A stretch of 64,000 nucleotides of DNA from a virus. A program made the position numbers and the translations under genes. Positions 19,001-26,224 of the stretch are shown in pieces. The notes below the pieces were generated by a model. It saw nothing but the letters and a program-made list of their open reading frames with translations, did no database searches and was not told where the DNA came from. Position 1 is the stretch's first letter; the number at the start of each line of letters is the position of its first letter. The stretch is taken from positions 1 through 64,000 of the IMG/VR virus record IMGVR_UViG_3300046820_001584; one strand, given 5' to 3'.

Positions 19001-19270
19001 ATGGTTATACGCTTGAATCGACTTATCTGTTTTAGAAGATCTATCAAACCTATCGGTTGGAGAAATGTACGCCTCAACACCAAGAATTGGCTTAATGCCA
19101 ATTTCCTTTGCGGCAATCTGCATATCTCTGTGTGACGAGAGAGTACCATGGTCTGTGATTGCAATCGCAGTTTGTCCAGCATCTAACGCTGCTTGACATA
19201 ATTCTTTAGGTGAATTTAGTCCATCCATTAATGAATAGTATGAATGAACATGTAGGTGTGTAAAGCTCAT
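16001..19270 (-). CDS. dnaE: DNA polymerase III alpha subunit (family C)
   Basis: HLHVHSYYS PHP domain, GPGRGSAAGS, PDIDTD, KLDALGL, YSFNRSHA; start adjusted to MSFTHL. Confidence 0.95.
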   Translation of the reverse strand: MSFTHLHVHSYYSLMDGLNSPKELCQAALDAGQTAIAITDHGTLSSHRDMQIAAKEIGIKPILGVEAYISPTDRFDRSSKTDKSIQAYNHIILLAKNKKGLENINILQELAWNEGFYHKPRIDREVLNDYSEGIIVLSGCLNGLISKAIDKGNMEEAELLLKGFKKTFGQDFYVEVQSHNPVEINSALLELADKLKIKAVATGDAHFAKEEDRVLEEALLILSTSPKIDKDSDFEMSRNIKDMMERFNYLYPDRRISFQDYNLFIQSRSEIEADFNAAGITRTDIYENTMEIQNKIEEYDFHQGLDLLPVPKTDADDKLREMAYAGLDKLGFAGDKAYIDRVEEELSVIASKSFASYFLVIADMIDWAKTNDIRVGPGRGSAAGSLVCYSLGITDVDPIKYNLLFFRFINPERNDFPDIDTDFEDRRRKEVKEYLKKKFKHVASISTYTYFKDKGVIRDAARIFMVPLQEVNRAMKSIDTFEDFISSPNTKEFRAKYPEVVWLADRLRGRIRSVGVHAAGVVVAKDDLRKFAPVESREDAQDKVSGRIPVVAYDMDTVADIGLIKLDALGLKTLSVISDTLKSIKSRTGKDIILSDLTLDDPEVYKMLSEGFTKGVFQAEATPYTNLLIKMGTDKFEDLVASNALVRPGAMNTVGAAYIKRKHGNEAVDYMHTIMKPFTENTYGVIIYQEQVMQACVHLGGMTWAEADKVRKIIGKKKDAKEFDQFKDRFVAGASEHITKKKAEALWHDFEAHAGYSFNRSHAVAYSMLSYYTAWLKFYYPLEFMFSILKNENDKDARTEYLIESKRLGLKVLLPHINESGLDFSLQENAIRFGLSEVKFISDNIANKIIDSRPYTNYDHFISIASAKGSGINSRAISSLNAIGAAAFKDNPRSGNEKDNYYEYLGIPTFNLEGIPPRVKAQARPIEEFDDLGSFVMFGMVKGIKRGTGWARVEIVDETGSIGLFHNEQTQIEVGQMYFILVGDNRIARYIKVSDIDPSSNDMFVDYLYRKEYDLEEDEYIVVNFTPYVTKAGKTMSHIVLSNRNKELTRAIAFPTMYKMTLAKMREGMKCKVVLSKLDDGTMNVKEIK

Positions 19271-19476
19271 TAGTATCCGCCCATGCATTCGTTTCGTGTA
19301 TGATAAAGTCTAATCTTTGTCATAGTCTTTTTATTTGGAGCGTATAAATCTTCTCCACAACACGCTGCCTTCAGGTGCCATTCTTTTGCAAAGAAATCAT
19401 ATAGCATGCCTTTATAGTCTCTATACTTATTTGCTACAAAAGTATCAAACGGGTCTGGTATTTCGTATGAGATCAT
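19270..19476 (-). CDS. Hypothetical protein
   Basis: ORF starts 6 nt after TAGAAT and is coupled to the dnaE start. Confidence 0.65.
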   Translation of the reverse strand: MISYEIPDPFDTFVANKYRDYKGMLYDFFAKEWHLKAACCGEDLYAPNKKTMTKIRLYHTRNECMGGY

Positions 19477-19482
19477 TATGTT

Positions 19483-19511
19483 ATTCTACTAAATAAAGCA
19501 GGGGCAGTCAA
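19483..19511 (-). promoter_or_regulatory. Promoter for the dnaE operon, leaderless
   Basis: TTGACT-17 nt-TAGAAT, then 6 nt to ATG 19476. Confidence 0.65.
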
Positions 19512-19527
19512 TAGACTGCCCCTTGCA
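19498..19527 (-). terminator. Intrinsic terminator after the SSB gene
   Basis: GGGGCAGTC/GACTGCCCC stem followed by a T-rich run on the minus strand. Confidence 0.7.
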
Positions 19528-19535
19528 ATAAATAT

Positions 19536-20213
19536 TTACCAGACTAAATTACTGTCTGACTCTGAGGCAGCAGATGCTTCTTGGCTTCCGCCTTCTCCAT
19601 TGAAGAATGCTTCTTGTTCGGTGTAAGGCAGATCACGAATAGCAGTTGTCTCTAAGTCATACAGCTCAAGTGCTGATGAATCAAATGGTGCTTCATCTTT
19701 AGCTAAAGGAATGATTGTATAGCTTGTATCTGTCTTTGTGCCAGTGCGCTTAATGCGCCACATTAGATTACTAATTGAACCCATTTCTCCAGCATACTCA
19801 ATAAGAGTTGGTGTGATTGTTTTACCGCTTGAACCTTGAGAAAGAATTGCTACATACGGCTCTTCTTTACCATCATCAATAAGTACGTTCATGTAAAGTC
19901 GTGAACGACCCTTCCATCCCGCTTTATAATCCTTGCGATGTTGTTCGCAACCGTAGCACTTGCCTTGATCTTCCATTGAACATAGTGCCTTGCGCTTGTA
20001 GTCTTTAGGGTTAGTGTGCTCGACGGCAATAAAACCCAAACCATTTTTTTCGTTGTACATCGGTGAGTCTGGATCTAGTTCCTGCAAGAAGCGAACCTTT
20101 ACGCTTTCTGCATCCTCTAGCTTTGCCCAACGTGCTTTTGTTCCGTCACCTTCACTGTATGAAGGCTTGTCCATTACTTGATTTAAACCTTTTAGGCCTT
20201 TAACGATACCCAT
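19536..20213 (-). CDS. Single-stranded DNA-binding protein, gp32-like
   Basis: KVRFL, H...C...CYGC zinc site, KRTGTKTDTSY, acidic C-tail; position in the replication module. Confidence 0.7.
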   Translation of the reverse strand: MGIVKGLKGLNQVMDKPSYSEGDGTKARWAKLEDAESVKVRFLQELDPDSPMYNEKNGLGFIAVEHTNPKDYKRKALCSMEDQGKCYGCEQHRKDYKAGWKGRSRLYMNVLIDDGKEEPYVAILSQGSSGKTITPTLIEYAGEMGSISNLMWRIKRTGTKTDTSYTIIPLAKDEAPFDSSALELYDLETTAIRDLPYTEQEAFFNGEGGSQEASAASESDSNLVW

Positions 20214-20267
20214 TGTATCTCCTTATTGTATAGTTGATGGTGTAAATCCATCTGTTGTTTTAGTATA

Positions 20268-21263
20268 TCATATCCATGAGCGATATTCAATATCTGATAC
20301 GGATTTTTTTATGCATGCTTTTATTTCTTCTTCCGTTAAATCACCAGCATCCTTAGCCTTATTTGGGTATATCTCACGATATCCAAAAGAAGCCCAAGAA
20401 ATATCTTTATTTCGCAATTTGCTAGAAATAGATTTTCCTAGCTCTCTACCAGCCTCATCAGCATCAGTCATTATTATTATCTTGTTAAAGTGTCTATTTA
20501 ATAAAGACTGTTGCTCATTAGATAAAAATCCACCTAGTGTTGCAACAACATTTGGGAAACCAGCCTGATGAATCCTTATTGCATCAAAATTAGATTCGCA
20601 AACTATGACCTGGTCTCCAATCTTTTTTGCCCTATGTATATTAAATAAAGTTTTGCTTTTTGGCAAACTAGTGCTATTTTTAAAAGTCTTTCCTTCGATA
20701 GATCTTCCAACTATTCCAATTGGAATTCCGTCTGGACTATGTACGGGAGTAACAACCATATTCATGGCTGGTGAATACCCAAGACTAAAATGTTTCATAG
20801 ACTCTACATTAATTCCTCTTGATTGAAGATACGTTCTAGCGTTACTGTTGCCAGCAAGGTCTGCGTGTAGTCTATCTAAAGTATCTTGTGAAAACTCTTC
20901 AAATGTTGGCTTCTCTTCAAGCATCTCTTCCATGATCTCGTCAAAGTTATTTAAGGCTTCTGTTTCTTTGGCTGCGATTAATCGTAAAGACTGAAAATCA
21001 TTTTTGTGCATAGTACGTTTAATTAAATCTATTAGTGTTCCAGTTTCTCCACATGCAGGATTAAAGCATATAAATGCTCCAGATGTTTGGCTTACGCTAA
21101 AGCTAGATGTATGTCTATTAGAATGAAATGGACAGTAGCATAGAAAGTCGTTGCCTGTCTCACCAACAATATTCAATCCAATTTCTTTTAGGACTGACTT
21201 AATGTGGCTTGGGGCATATTCCTTGGTATCAATTTGTTTTGAGTTGTACCCTCTAATTGCCAT
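20268..21263 (-). CDS. dnaG: DNA primase
   Basis: CPFH...C...C zinc finger, TOPRIM VCESNFDA...DADEAG, KDAGD; start adjusted to MAIRG. Confidence 0.9.
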   Translation of the reverse strand: MAIRGYNSKQIDTKEYAPSHIKSVLKEIGLNIVGETGNDFLCYCPFHSNRHTSSFSVSQTSGAFICFNPACGETGTLIDLIKRTMHKNDFQSLRLIAAKETEALNNFDEIMEEMLEEKPTFEEFSQDTLDRLHADLAGNSNARTYLQSRGINVESMKHFSLGYSPAMNMVVTPVHSPDGIPIGIVGRSIEGKTFKNSTSLPKSKTLFNIHRAKKIGDQVIVCESNFDAIRIHQAGFPNVVATLGGFLSNEQQSLLNRHFNKIIIMTDADEAGRELGKSISSKLRNKDISWASFGYREIYPNKAKDAGDLTEEEIKACIKKSVSDIEYRSWI

Positions 21264-21490
21264 GCCTTCTTCTTTCCTACGTATATACCATGGAGGGTCA
21301 TTAAGAACTTCCATGTTTCACCATTAAACTCTATTGAAAATGCTGGGTCTATATCTAATACTCTTACATACCCTTTGCCACGCATATCTTGGATCAAAAG
21401 GTTTTCATATTGAGGCCTTAGACTTATAAGCTGAGAGTTGTCATAAAACTGTACCTCAATTTGAAATCTTTTAATTCTTTTGTGCGTCAT
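21188..21490 (-). CDS. Hypothetical protein
   Basis: ORF between helicase and primase; start adjusted to MTHKR. Confidence 0.6.
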   Translation of the reverse strand: MTHKRIKRFQIEVQFYDNSQLISLRPQYENLLIQDMRGKGYVRVLDIDPAFSIEFNGETWKFLMTLHGIYVGKKKAWQLEGTTQNKLIPRNMPQATLSQS

Positions 21491-22718
21491 CTGCAAATGG
21501 ATTTTCGTAAATTTCTTTAACAATACCTCTATTGATATCCCAATCTAAGAATACACCGAAGTCATGTCCGTGTCTATTCTTTCTAGAAACAATTTCAATC
21601 ATGTCTGTGCCTTTATACTTATGGATAGCCATAGCCATATCAGCATCGTACTCAATTGCCTTTGACCAAGCAACCTGGCTCATCATTGGTGGATTATCTT
21701 GATCAGTGATATCATCTGCAGTCGCAGCTGTAATATCAATAATAGGAATATTATTTCTAACTGCCAAGTTTTTAAACTCACGAGAAATATTCATGTTGCG
21801 TTCTGTTGGCGCCTTTGAATTATTATTGTCTGTAAACAGCTGATGATAATCAAGAATAACAATATCGGGCTTGTGCTGATCTATCTTGGCCTGAATAGCA
21901 TTTGGAGTTACATTGCCAGAGCCTTCATTTGACACCAAGATAAACTTATTCTTGTCCGCAAACTTCTTTCCCGACCAAGTTCTGAAATCATCAATATTGA
22001 TATCACCCTTTGCAAAATCGCTAGCCTTAAATAGACCAGATCCCAGCATAGTATAAATTCTGTCACGCATATTCTCTGGAGTCATTTCAAGTGAAACAAT
22101 CATAGGCTTAAATCCCTGCTCCCAAGCCTTACAGGCTAGATATGATGTAAACCATGTCTTACCACGTCCTGGCCAGCCAATAGCCACTATAAGGTGCCCT
22201 GGAGCCATTCCAGTAGGGTATGCAAGGTCGATGGACTGGAAACCAGTCTTAATGCCTGGGGAGCCACCCATCTCGGCTGTACGGACCTTCAGAGCCTCTA
22301 AATGCTTAATAGCGTTATCTGCATCAGTTACGTCTAGGTCACGGACATTATTAGTATATTTATTTAAACTAGATAGTTGAGACTGAAGCTCACCGATCAC
22401 CCTTGAAGCGGCATCTTCTTTTAGCATTGAGCCACCACGAATTAAAATACTCTTTAGTCTGCTAGACAAGAATTCATTTTTTAAATTATCTAAGTAATAT
22501 GCCGTTTCAGCATTTGCATTTAGATCTGGCTCAAAGTCTTTAAACTTTTCCTGGAGAATTCCAACCTCTGGTATAGCCTTAAACTTATTATAATATGATT
22601 TTAAACCTTCCCAAACATCTCCGTGAGAAGTAAACAGTTCATCTACATTTTCAGCCATAACAGTACTTATGTCTTTGTTTTTGCAGATAGCAGAAATTAA
22701 TGTTGCTTCTGTATTCAT
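21471..22718 (-). CDS. dnaB: DnaB-like replicative helicase
   Basis: GWPGRGKT, SLEM, ILDYHQL, IEYDAD, KNRHG. Confidence 0.92.
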   Translation of the reverse strand: MNTEATLISAICKNKDISTVMAENVDELFTSHGDVWEGLKSYYNKFKAIPEVGILQEKFKDFEPDLNANAETAYYLDNLKNEFLSSRLKSILIRGGSMLKEDAASRVIGELQSQLSSLNKYTNNVRDLDVTDADNAIKHLEALKVRTAEMGGSPGIKTGFQSIDLAYPTGMAPGHLIVAIGWPGRGKTWFTSYLACKAWEQGFKPMIVSLEMTPENMRDRIYTMLGSGLFKASDFAKGDINIDDFRTWSGKKFADKNKFILVSNEGSGNVTPNAIQAKIDQHKPDIVILDYHQLFTDNNNSKAPTERNMNISREFKNLAVRNNIPIIDITAATADDITDQDNPPMMSQVAWSKAIEYDADMAMAIHKYKGTDMIEIVSRKNRHGHDFGVFLDWDINRGIVKEIYENPFADDAQKN

Positions 22719-23035
22719 AGTCCGCCTTCTTCCACCATCTTCTTAGTAGCCTCTCGAAGTAAGCGGCGTGTCTCAAAATCTTTCTGTAATTCTATTCTAG
22801 CATTATCCATCTTGTCAAAGTTGTAATAGAAAAATTGGAGTGGGTGTCCAGCCTTTTCTAATGTAAAATAGTAATGAAGCAGATCATTAGCTTTTTCAAA
22901 GCCAACGCTGTCAATTACATCCTGCATAGCCCACTTTTCTCTAAATTTATTTATAGTGGCAACCTTGCCATATTTATCCTTGTACAGATTTTGATAGGCT
23001 GTCATAAGAATATAGGGCTCTCTATTATTTGCCAC
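22715..23035 (-). CDS. Hypothetical protein
   Basis: ORF coupled to the helicase start. Confidence 0.6.
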   Translation of the reverse strand: MANNREPYILMTAYQNLYKDKYGKVATINKFREKWAMQDVIDSVGFEKANDLLHYYFTLEKAGHPLQFFYYNFDKMDNARIELQKDFETRRLLREATKKMVEEGGL

Positions 23036-23228
23036 TCTTGAGTTCTTCCTCTACCTCGCTTGTTTTTTGAATTAGTTTATTCTCTACAAACGCATACACT
23101 CTTTCGGTAGCAGAGTCAACAGTCTCGCCAGAACGCACATCATCTTCTACTCCAACATTAATTCTAATGCTTTCATAGTTGCCAAGGTTTCTGGTAAAAG
23201 AAAGGTCTACCTTTACTCTTGTTGTCAT
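23025..23228 (-). CDS. Hypothetical phage protein
   Basis: TRNLGNYESIRI motif. Confidence 0.65.
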   Translation of the reverse strand: MTTRVKVDLSFTRNLGNYESIRINVGVEDDVRSGETVDSATERVYAFVENKLIQKTSEVEEELKSGK

Positions 23229-23338
23229 TTGTGCTCCGCCTTCTTATGTCTAGTTAATGTATCGTTAGCGAATATACCCCAACGAACCTCAATATCTCTT
23301 TTGCAAATATCGCAAGTAACGACTCTACCCTTTTCCAT
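23225..23338 (-). CDS. 37-aa C2H2-type zinc-finger microprotein
   Basis: Manual translation MEKGRVVTCDICKRDIEVRWGIFANDTLTRHKKAEHK; ATGA overlap downstream. Confidence 0.6.
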   Translation of the reverse strand: MEKGRVVTCDICKRDIEVRWGIFANDTLTRHKKAEHK

Positions 23339-23456
23339 CTTTTGCCTTCTTAACTATTACTGGGCCGTTCTTAGAGCTCCAAGATTTCTCTTCTTCTTCT
23401 CTTCTACGTTTTTTAGCAGCACCTGACTCAAGCTTATAAATAGCGTTATAACTCAT
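23325..23456 (-). CDS. 43-aa charged hypothetical protein
   Basis: Manual translation MSYNAIYKLESGAAKKRRREEEEKSWSSKNGPVIVKKAKDGKG; ATGA overlap upstream. Confidence 0.55.
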   Translation of the reverse strand: MSYNAIYKLESGAAKKRRREEEEKSWSSKNGPVIVKKAKDGKG

Positions 23457-23929
23457 TGATCTGCCTTCCATACTGGAACAAAACCGCTGTCTGTCTTAGT
23501 ATACAATATAAAGCTGTGTTTGAGAAGAGCTAGTAATTCGGCTTTAGATGGTACGTTTTTAGAGTGACCTGATTCTAATATATATTCATGCAAGTCTAAT
23601 ATATCTTTTTCGCTAAACATATATTTATACCATCTATCTTCTGAAATATTCCCTATGGGATATATCTTTTGAGGAGACTTAATCTTTCCTTCTAGTATAT
23701 AATCCTGTACTGTAACCCTATGCTTATTAAGCATAGATGCTACCTGTGCAATACTATATGCGTTTCCCATATTCTTTTTTACCTCTGAGTATGGATACAG
23801 CATTCTTTTTTTATCTATATAAGACCAGGCAATTAATTGATCTTTAGCTCTAGATGAACTAATTATCTTATGAATTTTACCATTTAAGAAAAAATACTTT
23901 ATATCTTTCTTTAACTTTTTGTTATTCAT
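23453..23929 (-). CDS. MerR/excisionase-like HTH DNA-binding protein
   Basis: YSIAQVASMLNKHRVTVQDYILEGKI...FSEKDI. Confidence 0.7.
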   Translation of the reverse strand: MNNKKLKKDIKYFFLNGKIHKIISSSRAKDQLIAWSYIDKKRMLYPYSEVKKNMGNAYSIAQVASMLNKHRVTVQDYILEGKIKSPQKIYPIGNISEDRWYKYMFSEKDILDLHEYILESGHSKNVPSKAELLALLKHSFILYTKTDSGFVPVWKADQ

Positions 23930-23944
23930 TTGCCCGCCAAACTT

Positions 23945-24526
23945 TTAATTAATCTTTATTTTGTTAATGAAATCAATATTTTTACTGTCTTCTTCAGATA
24001 GCAATGAGAAGTGGTTTAAGAATGTAATTCTTGAACCTGATGTAACAGTACGAACTCCGTGTGTTAAAAGGTGTCCAGGAAACAAAACTGCGTCTCCTAA
24101 CTCTACCTTTAGATCTACTCCTAGTTCTTCAAAATACAGCTCTCCGCCTTCACAGTCGGAAAGATATAGATTACATACAAGAGAATCTCCGTAGGTAAAG
24201 TCATGCTCTCTGCCAGAATTATAGTGGTCTTTGTGTGGCTCAAGACGTGCATCTTTATGCATTATTGTTCCATATGACCTAGTTAAAACAATTGATCTTC
24301 CCTCTGGCACATAATTTTCCATAAAGTATTGCTCGGCATATTTAATTAGATCAGATACTTTATTTTCTGGGTCTACTTTAGAGTAGTCTAAAGGTATACC
24401 CTGGAAATAGGAGAATGGGTGCTCTTCAGTTAAATTATTGTTATTGACATTGTCAATCATTTGCTGAGCATACTCTTTAGTAATTACGTTTTTAATTACT
24501 TTATAGTTAGGGTTTTCAGTATTCAT
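23945..24526 (-). CDS. 2OG-Fe(II) oxygenase
   Basis: HKD...YLSDCEGGELYF...HGV...GSRIT. Confidence 0.85.
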   Translation of the reverse strand: MNTENPNYKVIKNVITKEYAQQMIDNVNNNNLTEEHPFSYFQGIPLDYSKVDPENKVSDLIKYAEQYFMENYVPEGRSIVLTRSYGTIMHKDARLEPHKDHYNSGREHDFTYGDSLVCNLYLSDCEGGELYFEELGVDLKVELGDAVLFPGHLLTHGVRTVTSGSRITFLNHFSLLSEEDSKNIDFINKIKIN

Positions 24527-24544
24527 ATTACATTAATCCTTTCA

Positions 24545-24730
24545 CTATGACATTCCGTATTTCCTAGAATGATCTTCCTCTAATTTTTCCAGCCACTTAC
24601 CCATACTGTTTGTATGTTTGTTCATCATCCAGCGTTTACCACACATAATGCAAAACAGCTCCATGTGCATTTTTTGGGAGAATACTCTATCTACAAATAC
24701 TCTGCCACCGCACTTGTTACATTTTATCAT
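24545..24730 (-). CDS. Zinc-ribbon protein
   Basis: CNKCGG...CIMCGKR; start adjusted to 24730. Confidence 0.65.
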   Translation of the reverse strand: MIKCNKCGGRVFVDRVFSQKMHMELFCIMCGKRWMMNKHTNSMGKWLEKLEEDHSRKYGMS

Positions 24731-25527
24731 ACTTGAAAAAACTTTCCGTCCACCACACAAGAGTAATCTGGTGACACGTGGATCATCTGAATGTGTGGAT
24801 AGTCATTAACGATATGTGCAACAGCAAATCCCTTTTGCCAATCATGATGCTGTGTATACTTCATACCTGGACCCTTTTCATCACACATGTGGCCAATCTC
24901 GTATCCACGAAGAGTTTCTCCAGCGCCGTTGTTTCTAAGTTCATAGGTAACCATATGAGAAGCAATTCTATGCGAGTGACCACGAATTAAAGAAACCTGC
25001 ATATCTTCCATATCTTTTCTAGCAGATCCTGTTGCTGCAATTGAAAGACCGTGATGAACGTGAATGTCTCCAAAACGTCGCTTAGGAAGCTCATCATAAT
25101 AAATATATTCATAGCCAAGGGAGTCTAATGACCATAGCGCTTCTGGGGTTACTTCGTTAATGTAGTCTGGAAGCTTAGCATCTACATAGTTAAAGATACG
25201 AATATCATGATTGCCTAAAGCAGAAAATAGCTGTGCGTTAGGAAGCATCTCTCTAGTTTTTGCATAAAAATCTCTTGCACCCTTTGCCTCATGACGCATC
25301 ATTGGAACAATTAAGTCACGGCTATCATTCTTATGCAGTTGCATAAATTCAGCAGAACGGCCTTCTGTATATTTGCTATAACATGCTTGGTCGTCTGTAT
25401 CACCAAGGTAGTCCACAACATCTGGCTTAAACCACTTCATGACCTTGAACCATAGCTCAATCATCTTGTCATCCTGATATGGGAACTGCTGATCTGATGA
25501 GAGCATCCACTTTAAATCGTTTGTCAT
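24727..25527 (-). CDS. Calcineurin-like metallophosphoesterase
   Basis: SDQQ, GDTDD, GNHD, HHG, GHSHR motifs. Confidence 0.85.
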   Translation of the reverse strand: MTNDLKWMLSSDQQFPYQDDKMIELWFKVMKWFKPDVVDYLGDTDDQACYSKYTEGRSAEFMQLHKNDSRDLIVPMMRHEAKGARDFYAKTREMLPNAQLFSALGNHDIRIFNYVDAKLPDYINEVTPEALWSLDSLGYEYIYYDELPKRRFGDIHVHHGLSIAATGSARKDMEDMQVSLIRGHSHRIASHMVTYELRNNGAGETLRGYEIGHMCDEKGPGMKYTQHHDWQKGFAVAHIVNDYPHIQMIHVSPDYSCVVDGKFFQV

Positions 25528-25543
25528 ATTTACCTTAATGTTA

Positions 25544-25609
25544 ATAGGCCATGAATATTCATGGCCTATAGTCTAAATCAAATTGTAGCATAGTGCTACA
25601 GAATGTCAA
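25544..25609 (-). promoter_or_regulatory. Promoter with two dyads at the structural/replication module junction
   Basis: TTGACA-16 nt-TACAAT with TG extension (25609-25582); TGTAGCA-tag-TGCTACA dyad at 25584-25600; perfect 26-bp palindrome at 25544-25569. Confidence 0.7.
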
Positions 25610-25619
25610 TACCTAATTG

Positions 25620-26039
25620 CTAACTACAAGCAATCCACTGAACCCAAATTTCGCCTTCTTTAGTTGCTCCAAGTGACATCATTCTTACTGTGAACCCATT
25701 AACACTTGATTCTGTAACAATAGGCTGATATTTTTGAGTATTGAAGTTTGTACCACTTGTCTGCCAAATTGTGCAAATTACGTTTGGTCTTGCTGTAAAT
25801 ATCTTAGTGAAAGGAATAGCCTTGAATCCAGTGCCATCTTTTTTACATGGCACCTTAATTCTTCCAGACTCAATTATTGTTTGAGAGCTTGGCTTATCTT
25901 CTGTTCCACCACCGCTGCCTCCATTAATACTGTTTGACAAACTATTAATAATATTAATATTAGAAACAATATTAGATAGTAACTCTGAGGTTATTGGATC
26001 TCCTGGGTTAACAGGCATTGGTTGTAATTGTTCTGCCAT
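25620..26039 (-). CDS. Small tail-associated protein with an H-type-lectin-like C-terminal domain
   Basis: IPFTKIFTARPNV...NGFTV...VQWIA pattern; last gene of the tail module. Confidence 0.55.
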   Translation of the reverse strand: MAEQLQPMPVNPGDPITSELLSNIVSNINIINSLSNSINGGSGGGTEDKPSSQTIIESGRIKVPCKKDGTGFKAIPFTKIFTARPNVICTIWQTSGTNFNTQKYQPIVTESSVNGFTVRMMSLGATKEGEIWVQWIACS

Positions 26040-26041
26040 AG

Positions 26042-26191
26042 CTACTTCTCCTCTGGCTCCGCAGAATTTTGTGGTTGCTGAAGCTGTGTAATTTCTGCAC
26101 GAAGTATTGCAACATGCGTCTCATATTGTGAGACAATCTCTCCAATACGTTGCTGTAGTGCTGTTACAACTAGTTCTAATTTATTATCCAT
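26042..26191 (-). CDS. 49-aa coiled-coil protein
   Basis: Manual translation MDNKLELVVTALQQRIGEIVSQYETHVAILRAEITQLQQ...; AAGGA SD. Confidence 0.65.
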   Translation of the reverse strand: MDNKLELVVTALQQRIGEIVSQYETHVAILRAEITQLQQPQNSAEPEEK

Positions 26192-26224
26192 TATATTCCT
26201 TTTCTATTCATAACAAGGATACCA

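Noticed and set aside
8302-22718. Inteins or introns in terL, recA, dnaE or dnaB
   Set aside because: Lengths and motif spacing are normal and frames are uninterrupted
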